From Octopus sinensis (Eukaryota), in NCBI RefSeq assembly GCF_006345805.1, contig NC_042998.1, positions 204,910,001 through 204,974,000 on the forward strand: a stretch of DNA of 64,000 bases, written 5' to 3'. Both the position numbers and the translations under genes were made by a program. The first letter of the stretch is position 1; every line of letters starts with the position of its first letter. A model generated the notes under the pieces. That model had not been told where the DNA came from. It did not search any database and saw only the letters and a list, made by a program, of their open reading frames with translations. Below are positions 11,016-22,541 of this stretch, piece by piece.

Positions 11016-11340
11016 TAGTTACAGAGATGTACTTGCATAGCAAGTGACTTGATCTGAGATCGTGTGCTGGAACGAAAACAGTTGCAGCGTTGAAGGTGTT
11101 TATAAGCCATTTAAGAAACACACAAAAACCGTTAGATTCACTTCAACATTTAAATTAAATTTGTCAAAATATTTTCGTCGCTTTGAGACCGCGACCTGTA
11201 GCACGATATTTTTGTCAGTGAACAGGTCGCGGTCTCAAAGCGACGAAAATATTTTGGCAAATTAAATTTAAATGTTGAAGTGAATGTAACGGTTTTTGTG
11301 TGTTTCTTAAATGGCTTACAAACACCTTCCACGCTGCAAT
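11016..11340. mobile_element. Asymmetric fold-back element between (TA)n tracts
   Basis: Inverted arms 11082-11199 and 11222-11339 (118 bp, about 5 mismatches), 22-nt loop; left arm has a unique extension. Confidence 0.8.
11211..11261 (+). ncRNA. Minimal type-I hammerhead fold with G3-C8 swapped core
   Basis: Stem I tttgtca/tggcaaa, core GTGAACA, extra G, stem II gtcgc/gcgac, GAAA, palindromic AATATT stem III, UU cleavage site. Confidence 0.6.
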
Positions 11341-11822
11341 ATATATATACACACATATATATATATGTATGTATGTATGTGTGTATATGTGTATGCATGT
11401 ATGTGTGTGTGTGTGTGCGTGTCTGTGCTTGTGATTGTCCTCCACCACTGCTTGACAACGAATGTTGGTTTGTTTACATCCCTGTCACCTAGTGGTTTGA
11501 CAAAGGAAACAGATAGAATAAGTACAATGCTTACAAAAATAAAACTGGAGTTGATTCATTAAACTACAATTCTTCAAGGCATTGCCCCAGCATGGCCACA
11601 GAGCAATGGCTGGAAAAAGCAGAAGAATAAAAGAATTGAGGGGGACCTCTACATGGTAGCTAGACCTGGTAGAAATAGCAGCAAAATTTCCCCCAAATCA
11701 CACCTTACTGTCTTATCTATGTATATATGTATGTATGAGCCTATGAGGGAGACCTCTACATGGCAGCTAGACATGGTAGAAATAGCAGCCAAATCTCCCT
11801 CAAATCACACCTTACTGTCTTA

Positions 11823-11923
11823 TCTTTCTGCTACTTGGATATAGGTGTTATATTCGTCTAAAAAAACTTTCCTGTCACACTCACGCACACGCACACACAC
11901 ACACACGCGCGCGCGCACCGTCA

Positions 11924-11958
<35 letters not shown>

Positions 11959-12328
11959 GCACGTTAGCTTACAATTTTATTTATATATTTGCGTGTGTAT
12001 GTGTGGAAAGAGGATGTGGGAGGCAGAGTGAAAGAATCACTCACCACAGTAAGTGAATTACTTTCATTTTATTCGTTGCCCACTGTGTGTGTGCGTTTGC
12101 GTGTGGTGTAAACCAGACTAAGAAAAGCATTTGACACACACACCAGAATGTGAGTTTTCTGTAAATTTTGCTTAATTGGAGTTTAAATTTTAAAAACTGG
12201 ACCTGGCATGACGCGATGCATTGTACTCTTAAAAATGCCAGGTAAATTGTAATTGAAGAAATCCTATATTGTAGATTTGTATAACTCCCAAAGGGAGGCA
12301 GATAAAATCTGCCTTTTATAATAAGAGA
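11823..12328 (-). mobile_element. Helitron-like non-autonomous element, family A
   Basis: A|TCTCTTATTATAAAAGGCAGATTTTATCTGCC 5' end, no TSD; homologous to 26255 and 28540; 3' CTAG end not seen. Confidence 0.6.
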
Positions 12329-14694
12329 TTTATGTTATACACACACACACACACAGAAAGAGAGAGGAGGGGAAGGTCTATGTTTCTAAGAATGAGAAAA
12401 ACATTTTATTCTCCTGAAACAAGGGGTCAATTTTAATAGGATGGGAAGCATCAATACCATCACGAGAAGGAATGGTTGTCACCCACTTACACTCTCTCTC
12501 TTCCCCTATACACACATACTTTTCTCTCTCTCTCTCTCTCCATCTTTCCCACACACCGTCCTACTTCTCATTTAAATTCTAATGTACTGGGAAGGGTTTA
12601 GAAATCGTTTACAACTGATGTAGATAGAGCAGCGAGGGTAGGGCAGACAGCAGGCCTTCCCCATCTGTCGTTAACTGCAGGATTAATAAAGTTGGCTGCG
12701 TAATTAACATGTCACTGGGTGTAATTAATAAACTCTACAAGAAATAAATGGAATCTCTTTGGCACAAAACCAGGAATTGGTATAAGAAGGGCGTTGTCTA
12801 TCGAATCTAACCCTATTGTTGTTGGGTATCTTTGATCAAGTCGACCTATGGTTAAAGACGCCGTTCCAACTATGACCACCAGCTTTTAGAGATATTTTGG
12901 ACTATCCATAGCAGTGGTTCTCAGTCTTTTTAATGCCCGGGGCTAGACACAAAACCTGGATTTTTTTAGGGGGTTCAAAGTAAAAAAAAAAAAGGAAAAC
13001 ACAACTCAATTGAAAAATATATATTTCTGGAGGGAAAACCGTTCGAAGGATGCTTGAGGGTCGCATGCTGCCCTGACAGCCGCTGATCCAAAGCGTTTTT
13101 CTTTTCTTTTCAAGACTGCATGGTGAGATTTGGCTACTATTTCTAACAGTTAAAGTGACCGTGTAGACACGCCACCGCTTATTCGCCAAACCCCGCTTTA
13201 TACATGATACCATTTGGAACCAAAACCTTGCATCTATTAACAAATGTTAATTACGATGAAGCATCTAGTTCAGTGCTTGACAAATACTATAAACGATGAG
13301 CCTCTACGTGTAGCGGCCGATATGCTAGAAATACAGCTAAATATCATTTAAAGAACACCGTACATTCTTAACAAAAAAACCCTCTTTTATGGTAACTTAT
13401 TTTCATAACTGATGGCCAGTTAAAATAAAAGAAAGAAAAAAAAAATCATTAAAATAAAAGAAAGAAAAAAAAAATCATTAAGTTTTTATTTTTAATAAAT
13501 TGCAAAAAGCCAAGCGACACGTTGGGAGAATCGTTATTATAATTAAAAACCTTGCGGTATTTGTTGTAGTTTACATCCCGCCGGAGTCCCTTGGTCTTTC
13601 ATTCCTCTGGGGTCAATTAAGTACCACAGAAATACTACGATCGAAGCAATCGACTAGCCCCACTCTCCTTGCAATTTCAGACCTTGTCCCTAAATCAGAA
13701 AAGTGTGTGGAACAAAATGTTTGGTTCAAATCTCGCTGAGGTCATCTTTGCTTTTCATCCTTTTGGGGGTCAATAATATGATGTCGATCAAAATTGGGAA
13801 AAATTATTGTTTTTCGGAAAAGTTATCTTAAAGACCAGCAAAAAAGAAAAGCGAGTCTCCCCTTCGGATAATATTGAAAAGCGGACACAGAAAGGGATAT
13901 AGAAAGCCCCATGTGTTTCTTTTTCTACTTTACGCAGACATAAATCTTATTTAAAACAAACTTTGGACGTGTGTGTGGTGTGTGTGTGTGTAGGAGTTTT
14001 CGACAATTGTGAAGATGTTTAATAATGGAAAAAAGAATAAAAGATGGAACATGTTACCATAAAATAGGAAACTAAAAATTAGTAAACTAAATATGAAATA
14101 GAAGAAAGTTTCCGAGAAGAGATCCAAGAATTTACCAAAATCTTCGTCGCTTGAAATAAATCGCCCGCCGCATAAATAAAGAATTATTTTTTGTGAAGTA
14201 TATTAAAGAAAAACTCACCTTAAGTATTTAAGAAGATATTGCTCTTCTTTCTAACGAAATAAGTTACTTGCAAGAAGTTGCGAGTAAAGCCTGCCAGAAG
14301 CGGAGGAGTTTGTAAGTCTTACATCATCGCCATCACGGAACCGAATGCCGCAGAACAGCCGCAAGTTGCGCCGACAACGGAATGGTGTGACGATAGCCAT
14401 TCGTTAAAGTACGGAAGAGCAAACGAACAAAAATAGTTATTCACACGCAAACATCATCAGCAGCAGGAGGACAATTTTTGCCCAATTATTTTCAACTCAA
14501 TTAACTTTTTTTTTAGTTGTTAAGAGCGGGGATAGCGATCAGAATGTTTCACAGTCGTGCCTTCCCCCTCCTCTCGCCCCACCCCCAAAAATTATAGTTG
14601 TACGTAAACTGAAATAGTTTGGACTGGGAATAAAAACTCGTCATTTCAGTTAACCCGTAACATTGTCTCCAGGTTTCAACAGTTTTGAAAGGTA

Positions 14695-15020
14695 AGTGCA
14701 GACGTGGGTGTGTGATAAGAAGCCTGCTTCCTGACCGCGTGATTCTGGGTTCAGTCCCACTGCGTGGAACCTTGGGCAAGTGTCTTCTACCATAGAAGTG
14801 GATCTGGTAGACGGAAACTGAAAGAAGCTCGTCGTACACGTGTGTGTCTTTGTGTCTGTCGTTGCCCTCCATCACTTAACGGTTTGACAAAAGGGGACCG
14901 ATAAATAAGTTTAATAAGTTCCAGGCTGTAAAAGATAAGTACTGGTGGCGATTTGTTCGACTAATCACTTCACAGCGGTGCCCCAGCATGGCCGCACTCC
15001 ATTGACGAAAACTAGGAATA
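14695..15020 (+). mobile_element. S1 SINE, diverged
   Basis: ggttcagtcccactgcgtggaaccttgggcaagtgtcttctac body and ccagcatggccgca tail. Confidence 0.75.
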
Positions 15021-15029
15021 TATAGATAT

Positions 15030-15354
15030 AAGATTGGCCCTCCGTCGGTCACGACGACGAGTGTTCCAGTTGATCCGATCAACAGAACAGCCTGTGCGTG
15101 AAATTAAGGTGGCTGAGTACTCCACAGACACGTATACCCTTAACACAGTTCTCAGGGAGATTCAACGTGACAAAGAGTGTGACAAGGCTGGCCCCTTTTG
15201 AATTACAGGTATAATTCCTTTTTACCAGTTGAGTGGACTGGAGCAACATGAAATAAGGTGTCTTGCCCAAAGAGACAACACAACGCGAAGAATTGAACTC
15301 ACGACCTTCCGATCGTGAGCGGAATACCCTAGCCACTAAGCCACGTGTCTTCAC
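15030..15354 (-). mobile_element. tRNA-derived SINE family S4
   Basis: Minus-strand head tggcttagtggctag...gagttcaattc then tgtctttgggcaagacac; homologous copies at 32868-33145 (-) and 39596-39760 (+). Confidence 0.8.
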
Positions 15355-15381
15355 ACACTCTCTCTCTCTCACATACACACA

Positions 15382-15450
<69 letters not shown>

Positions 15451-15451
<1 letters not shown>

Positions 15452-15890
15452 TGGGTCATCCCATAAACAATGTGTTCTTTTTTCAATTGCATAAATTAAA
15501 AAAGTCGGAAGGGGACAGGATAAACTGCCTGCATCAACTTGCTACAAAAGCAGGTAGTAATTTTACCTGGTGTTTATTCTTGGTGCAAGTTTTGAAGGGT
15601 GAATTTCGACTTTAACAGTTAGTTTTTCAAAGTTATAATGGAAGTGACAAAGGAGCATATTTGGCATACTTTGCTTTTTGAGTTCAAGAAAGACAACAAC
15701 ACGTCAGAAAATGAAAGGAATATTAATGCAGTATACGGTGGTTCCAGAAATTCCGAGCTGGAAACTACAGCCTAAAAGACGAGTCTCATCCTGAAAGATC
15801 TGTAGAGCTCGACGAGGACGTCTTGCAAACCCTGATGGAGCAAAATCCTATTGTAATTGTTGAGAAACTAGCAGAGATGTTGGGCGACAA
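15451..15890 (+). mobile_element. Mariner transposon 5' fragment (HTH region)
   Basis: TA then TIR-like start; from ATG 15638 MEVTKEHIWHTLLFEFKK...WFQKFRAGNYSLKDESHPERSVELDEDVLQTLMEQNP, a Mos1/Hsmar1-type N-terminus with an internal deletion. Confidence 0.8.
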
Positions 15891-15914
15891 ATACAGACAC
15901 AAAGTCACACACAC

Positions 15915-15947
<33 letters not shown>

Positions 15948-16280
15948 AGATTAACCGTCACTATGGAGTATTACCTGGCAGCTTGCCGTTGTATGTCTCC
16001 TCTTTATAGTGGGGAGCATATATAGACATTCTCTCCAGGACTGAATTGTCCACCGTATCGTTTCCTTTCAAAGCAATTAAGGCAGATTTTAGTGGTTAAT
16101 TGTTACAGACTACGTAAGTTCCCCTGGGTCTCAGTTTCTCCACAACTGAACGACGCCACGCAACACAAAACAACTTTTTTTTTTGTTTTGCCTCATCATT
16201 GATTGTACGCAGAGCACACCGTTAGACCACAAACACAGACCGCATACACACCGAAACAAAATTACTCAAAGTGGAGGTCT

Positions 16281-16823
16281 TGTAGCGGGGATTCGAAACC
16301 GAATCTCTGGATACGCGGTCAAACATCACGGGCAAGTCGCAATAGTTTCACGTGATCGGTCAACTCTTTACAGTGTTTCGAGATCAGTCGCCTCATTCAC
16401 ACGTCTCACCTCTTGCCATAGAAGAGTGTTGGAAGACGGCTGCGCAAAATGCACTTTTTTCATTCTTGCCAAACATTTACACAGACATCTCCAGGTTTCT
16501 TATTTCTTTACTGCCCACAAAAGGCTAAACACAGAGGGGACAAACAAGGACAGACAAACGGATTAAGTCGATTAAATCGACCCCAGTGCGTAACTGGTAC
16601 TTAATTTATCGAGCCCGAAAGATGTACGGCAAAGTGGACCTCGGCAGAATTTGAACTCAGGACGTAGCGGCAGACGAAATACCGCTAAGCATTTCGCCCG
16701 GCGTGCTAACGTTTCTGCCAACTTGCCGCCTTGACATCTCCAGGACGCAACCAAAGAAACACAGTTTCATTCACTCACTCCAGAGCTACCGTAAGCAGCA
16801 TTTGACAAAACGCCAAACACACA
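16281..16823 (+). mobile_element. LTR-like relic interrupted by an S2 monomer
   Basis: Starts TGTAGCG, ends ACA, followed by a TGGCGC PBS-like motif; homologous to 17918, 22040-22360 (-) and 51060-51167 (-). Confidence 0.5.
16496..16732 (-). mobile_element. S2 SINE monomer with a 12-bp TSD
   Basis: gacatctccagg at 16484-16495 and 16733-16744. Confidence 0.9.
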
Positions 16824-19559
16824 GGTGGCGCTCTTGATTCGTTCAGCAGCTTCCAACCTCACCGTCTCCTATTGAATCTGATATGTTGTGAACGTCTCTT
16901 CAGACTCACTCAGCGGAAAAGAGCACCGAGTCCTACGTTCGCAATGAAGACTTGCCTGTGACCCCTTCCAGAATGAATAGTAACATTCTAAAGACAACAG
17001 CAACGACGACGACATTGGTGATGGTGATGACACCGAAGAACGACATCCAACCATCCCAGGACACTCTTTCACTCGTTATCACTACAACTCGGTTCAAACA
17101 TGGATGCATTACTGAAAACCAGACGCAGTTGTGATAACGCCATTAACCCAACCACACACACACTCGTGCGCGCCAACATATATACAGACACACACACATA
17201 CACACATGCATACACATACACAGATACACACGCACGCACACACACACACTGTGGTGGTGGCTGGCTGTGCTAGATTTGATCATCTCCAGTCAACCACCTG
17301 TGACGTCAGTCAATGATATGTGCTGAGAGTTGAAAGGAAAAGTTGAATTTTTCGCGCCTAAATGCTTCATGAAACTTTCCAGAACACCAACGTGGTCCTA
17401 TAGAATCCCCGAAGTTTAAATTCTTGACGGGGGAGGGGGTGTCCTATTTATTGCATCCGGGAACCATTTGTCTCTAGACTAACGTTTCAACACTCAACGC
17501 CAGTCCTAAGTCATTATTCCTGTTGTATCAGTCAGGTTCAATTTATAAGAACCATTTCAGGTCTCATCTTTTAGCAATCCCATATTTCTTAGTTTAAAGC
17601 AGCAGAGTTGTTAGAGTATCAAAGTGTTCAGAAGGAAATTCTTCCAGAAGTTCAAATCCAGCCTTTTATCCTTTGGGGGTCGATAAAATAAAGTACCAGT
17701 CAAATACAGGAGTCAACTTACCAATTCCTCTTAAAACTACTGACCTGGTACCAAAATTAGAAAGAATTATTATTTTTTGGGGGTTCACTCACATAACATA
17801 TATTTTACTAATTTATACATATGTTTATAAATAATGCTTAGCATAATTAATGAATATTGTTAAAGATAATTTTTTCTCTTATTAATTATTCAAAATGTTA
17901 ACACTACTTTCGACCTTTGTAGCGGATTCGAAACCGAATTGCTGGATAGCCGACTAGACACCACGACCAAGCCACAGTAGTTTCACATAATCGGTCGACT
18001 AATCTACCAAACAGCGACAAACCATCGTGTGATTTGACTTTCTAGAACTTTCTCATTAAACCCTGTATAAAGGTGGGTTTTGGTGGTAATCCCAGAAATG
18101 TCTCAGTGTCTCCCTTCTCATTCACCACCGGCCATTGGCAGGTCACCACAAATATATTGCAGCTATTTCCCAGAGTTGTGATGGGCCAGCCGTGGATTTC
18201 TATATCAGTTAAATTGTCATAGATCCCAACAGTATGTCTATTTCCTGTTGTGCAATTGTCACAGTTTCTGATAAAGGAACAACACAGAAAACACCATCTG
18301 CAGTAAATAAATTCTCTGCTAATGTCCACAAGTGTTGCTTATTTACTTCTACACGCAGCCCTGGAAATACATTTTCAGTCACCAACAAATTCCCACGACG
18401 ATACATAGAAAACCATCAACGTGATAAATTAAACTGAATGTTAACAGATAATCGTTAACAGTCGGAAATGAAATACAAGAATTCGTCATCGCCCCCCCCC
18501 CCCCCGTTTTGAAGTATTTTATTTGTGTTGCAAATGACCTAAATAAAAAGGAAAATGAGAAAAAGAAGAGGGAAAAAAAACAACCCCTAAACATCAATGA
18601 CAATAATTCTTTCAAATTTTGAAGGGCCAGCAATGGGGGAGCGGAGTGGTCGGTTATGTCGCTCCCAGTATTTCTCTGATACTCTACTTCATCGGTTCCG
18701 AATGAATGAAAGGCAAAGTCGACTTCGCCAAAATTTCACCTCAGAACGTAAAGCCGGAAGAAATTCCACTAAGCATTTTGTCCGGTGTGTTAACAATTTT
18801 ACCAGTTCGCTGCCTTTAAAAGTCATAAAAGACTTTTTCCTCGCTTTTTAATGTTTTCTTTTTAAAGCTGGAAACACTCCGAAAAAGTTTCTAAAATAAC
18901 TCGAAAAAGATTTCACTGAAAAGAAAATTAATTTGGCGTATTTCCATTTAATGAGATCCAATAAAGGACTTTTAAATGTTTCCCCGTTCGTTCTGCTTTC
19001 TCGGAAGACCGAAGTCTATTTCCCGATTTCCCCGGATTGTTTTAGTCTTGTTATCAATCCCGCAGTTATATGTTCTTCACTCCGAAGATCACTACTTTTT
19101 AAATACATATAAAGAGAAACTTTCAGAAAATTTATCGAAACCAACTCCCCTAAGTAGAAGATTATAAGATTAAAAAAACAACTTTTTTGTGTGTAAACTA
19201 GTTCTGATAAATTCTTATTTCAGCCCTGAGGTAAAAAAATGTATCTTATGGTTTATATTCCTAAACACATCTAGAATTAAATAAAAAATATCAAATACTC
19301 TAAATAATAAAATATACGAACCCATCGACGATTATTAACAGTTAAAGTTCTGTTGGTTTCACTTTACCGTTCACCATTTTTGTATAAAAACATTGAAAGA
19401 TTATCAACTTGATGAGACTCCTTCCTGTAATTCTCTTCTTCTTGTGTGTGTGTGTGTGTGTGTGTGACGCAAGCAGTAAAGCATTAATCAATCAGAAATA
19501 TTGTATGCTACAAAACTTTTGCCTACCTACACCTATCTTGTGACAATTGCATATATGTC

Positions 19560-20127
19560 ATACATTTAAAGATTTGGTTTGTCTTGCGAGTATTTTATAC
19601 GATGTTCCACGTAAAATGAAAAGCGTTCAGTAAAAAGAAAACTAGTTTTTTAAACAAGAAAAGACGTAAATGAGTTTGAAGGAAATTGGGTTCGAGGCTA
19701 AATGACATCACGCAGTGGCACCATATGGCCAACATTGACATAGATTGGAGAAGATCGATAGAACTGCAACGTCATACAATCTCATTTATTCCTTTGATAC
19801 TTGGAAATAGATCTGGGCGCATCGATCCGGCCAAGTAAATCTATATTATGAAAGAATATAAATGAAAACCATGCCTTTTTAGAAACAAATAATTAGTGGA
19901 TGATTCTTTTATGACTTCATTGCTTTCATGCTTAGCTTCAGGTATTTTCGCGCCCGACACCACAAAATGTGTCTGAATAAACATTGCCGGACAGCAATAG
20001 AGACTCGGACATTGCTTACAAAATCATTTTCATTTTTAACCTCGTATATAATACGCACTAGGGATTTTGACCTTTAAATTTTTTTTTTGGGGGGGGGGGT
20101 GCGGATTATACTCGAGGATTTACGGTA
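19560..20127 (+). mobile_element. pogo/Tigger-like relic, right end
   Basis: Ends gtgcggattatactcgaggatttacgg+TA, resembling pogo-type TIRs; left TIR not found and coding remnant not resolvable. Confidence 0.4.
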
Positions 20128-20929
20128 GTTTTTCCGAAGAAAATTATATTTAGCCAATGAACTTAAATTTGAACAACAAACCACGAATTGACTACGCGCG
20201 CATAGAAGTGGCTGGCAGAGCGTGTGGAAGCTGTCCGTTTACATCCCTGTACGAATGTTACATAACTTGTAGATTTTCATATTTTATAAACAAAATATTT
20301 TTTGCTAAAACCATAACCATGGATCGACAGAAGCAAGACAAAGGGAAAAACACAAGCGAACACACACACACACGCTCGCTTGTACATTTATGTATTTGCT
20401 TTTGATGACTGGACAAATAAAGTTTCATTTTGTGTCTTTTTTACGGAGTTTAAGTGTGGCTTGGAACGAATGACTCATATTTATATGTATTTCAATTACT
20501 CGTGTAACGAACACTTTGGTTAACGAACAGGGCACCGAAATGAATAATGTGCGTGTGTGGGAACCTCGCTATTACTTAACAGTGGACATCGATGGCTGTG
20601 AGTAGTTCATTGCCTAAACATATTGTAGAGTTTTATATTCTATCTTATGTAATACACGATATCTTTGTGCTTCTGTCACCATTCCTTCTTCAGTCTGGGC
20701 GGTGAAGAGCATACAACGCTAACGAGGTCTAATATGTTGAAACATGGCTGGAGTTATCTCCCGTGTATTTGTGGGTTGTAGTATGTTGGTGAGTATCAAT
20801 GTGTAGAGCTAAAAGCGGTCTGAGTCGCGGGTTCCCTTCAGCTTTGTTTGGAGTCCTTTATGGTCCCTAAACAGACTCGTGAGGCTCTGCTCTTGCGGAT
20901 CCCCTTCATGAGACAAATAGAATGAATCT

Positions 20930-21150
20930 TCCAACCAACGAGGAGATCTCTACAAAGTTACTTAACCCGCAAGAAATAGCAGCTAAATCCGCCCTCGAAA
21001 TACATCTTACCAACTTGAAAACCAAAGTACATTCACTGCTGGGGTCTGAAATACACTGTGTCTGGAAAAGTCTAGATTGTCATGGCTGGAATACTTTTGA
21101 CCTTAGGTCTCCGGGATCATAGTTGACCTAGGGCTGAACAACAACGACAA
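20930..21150 (+). repeat. Dispersed short repeat with core gaaatagcagccaaatctccctcaaatcacacc
   Basis: Related pieces at 1-130, 8310-8470, 9770-9990, 11640-11825 (two tandem) and 56085-56260. Confidence 0.6.
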
Positions 21151-21454
21151 TGACGACGACACCGTTGATAACAATTGCTATAGCCACAACATTTCATTCT
21201 CAAACCCCTATTTCTCCTCCTCCTCCTCCAACTCTGGCTATCCTCTTCCTCTCACCATCAGATTAGTAAACATCTGGGTATGGCAGCCACCGATGCCACT
21301 CAGAGATATTGGGATAAAGTAAATAGGGTTATTATAGTTAATTACTGGAGTTAATTACTGGAGTTAATTACTCACAGATGCCATTCACATTAAAAAACAA
21401 CAATAATTAAGTTAGTGTTAACATATTTAATAGAGGAAGATTAAAAAACGAAGT

Positions 21455-21480
21455 GGACAGACAGACAGACAGACAGAGAA

Positions 21481-21549
<69 letters not shown>

Positions 21550-21554
21550 TAGAC

Positions 21555-21609
<55 letters not shown>

Positions 21610-21622
21610 CAGACAGATAGAT

Positions 21623-21670
<48 letters not shown>
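21455..21670. repeat. Compound (GACA)n(GATA)n(GA)n microsatellite
   Basis: Direct reading. Confidence 0.95.
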
Positions 21671-21991
21671 AGAAAGATAGGTGGCAATATAGTGTTAACA
21701 TATTCAATGTAGGAAGATTCAAAAACTAGAAATAATTATATGATGACTAAGAACTAGTATGGAAGCCTCTACGATATTTGCTGAAGTAATACCAAACAAT
21801 GTTGCTTGTTTTCCCACTCGCCCACTTTTGATGGTGGTGTCGCGATGGAGGGCTTGGTTGGTGCTATGGGAAGCTGGTATGTGAAGATGCATTTCGTTGG
21901 CTGAGTGAATAAATAAGTAAAGCGAACATGCTGGACACAAAGATATTTGGTGTTGGCTATTTACGATGAACTATATAAACGTTTGCTGACT

Positions 21992-22030
<39 letters not shown>

Positions 22031-22039
22031 CAGAGAGAA

Positions 22040-22360
22040 AGTTCATTGCGTCCGTATATGTTACTTAAGGGACATTGAGTGAATGTTCAGAATGGGTCCG
22101 TCCGACATCCTGGGGGTGTCTGCGTCAATGCCCATGGCAAGAGTGGAGACGCATGTCACTCAGCCGCCTTCAGCACTCTGCGATTAATCGAGCTGCAAAA
22201 CGGTCTTTTATAGGAGACGATAGGCTCATTCGAGAAAACCATATCACGCCACAGCCTGACGCTGGTTAGTCAATTAAAAGACCGATCACATGAAACTATG
22301 GTGGTACGATCGCGGTGTCTGACCGGTTATCTAGCAGTTAGGTTTCGGATCACTGCTACA
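22040..22360 (-). mobile_element. LTR-like relic with TATA box
   Basis: Minus strand begins TGTAGC and contains CCTATAAAAG; shares gagtgctgaaggcggctg, ctcttgcc and cagacacccccagga blocks with the 16281 copy. Confidence 0.5.
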
Positions 22361-22541
22361 CTTCATGGAAGTGGTGCTGTCGGGACATGGCATTTCTCGG
22401 GCGTCTAAATTTTGATGGAACTTAATCCTACAGACGATTTCCTTCAGAGAGAATGAAGAATGATCGATCGTGGAACTAAACTTGTTCTTCGTTTATTGGC
22501 CCCAAAGGACAACTGATATTGGTGCATTTCAAACTCTAAGC

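Noticed and set aside
16281-18030. 16281 and 17918 LTR-like copies as paired LTRs of one element
   Set aside because: They are too divergent from each other, there is no polypurine tract before 17918, and no gag/pol was recognised between them.
21335-21730. 14-bp triplicated TAATTA unit and a 36-bp imperfect direct repeat flanking the GATA block
   Set aside because: Local slippage or duplication is sufficient to explain it; there is no independent evidence of function or of a mobile unit.
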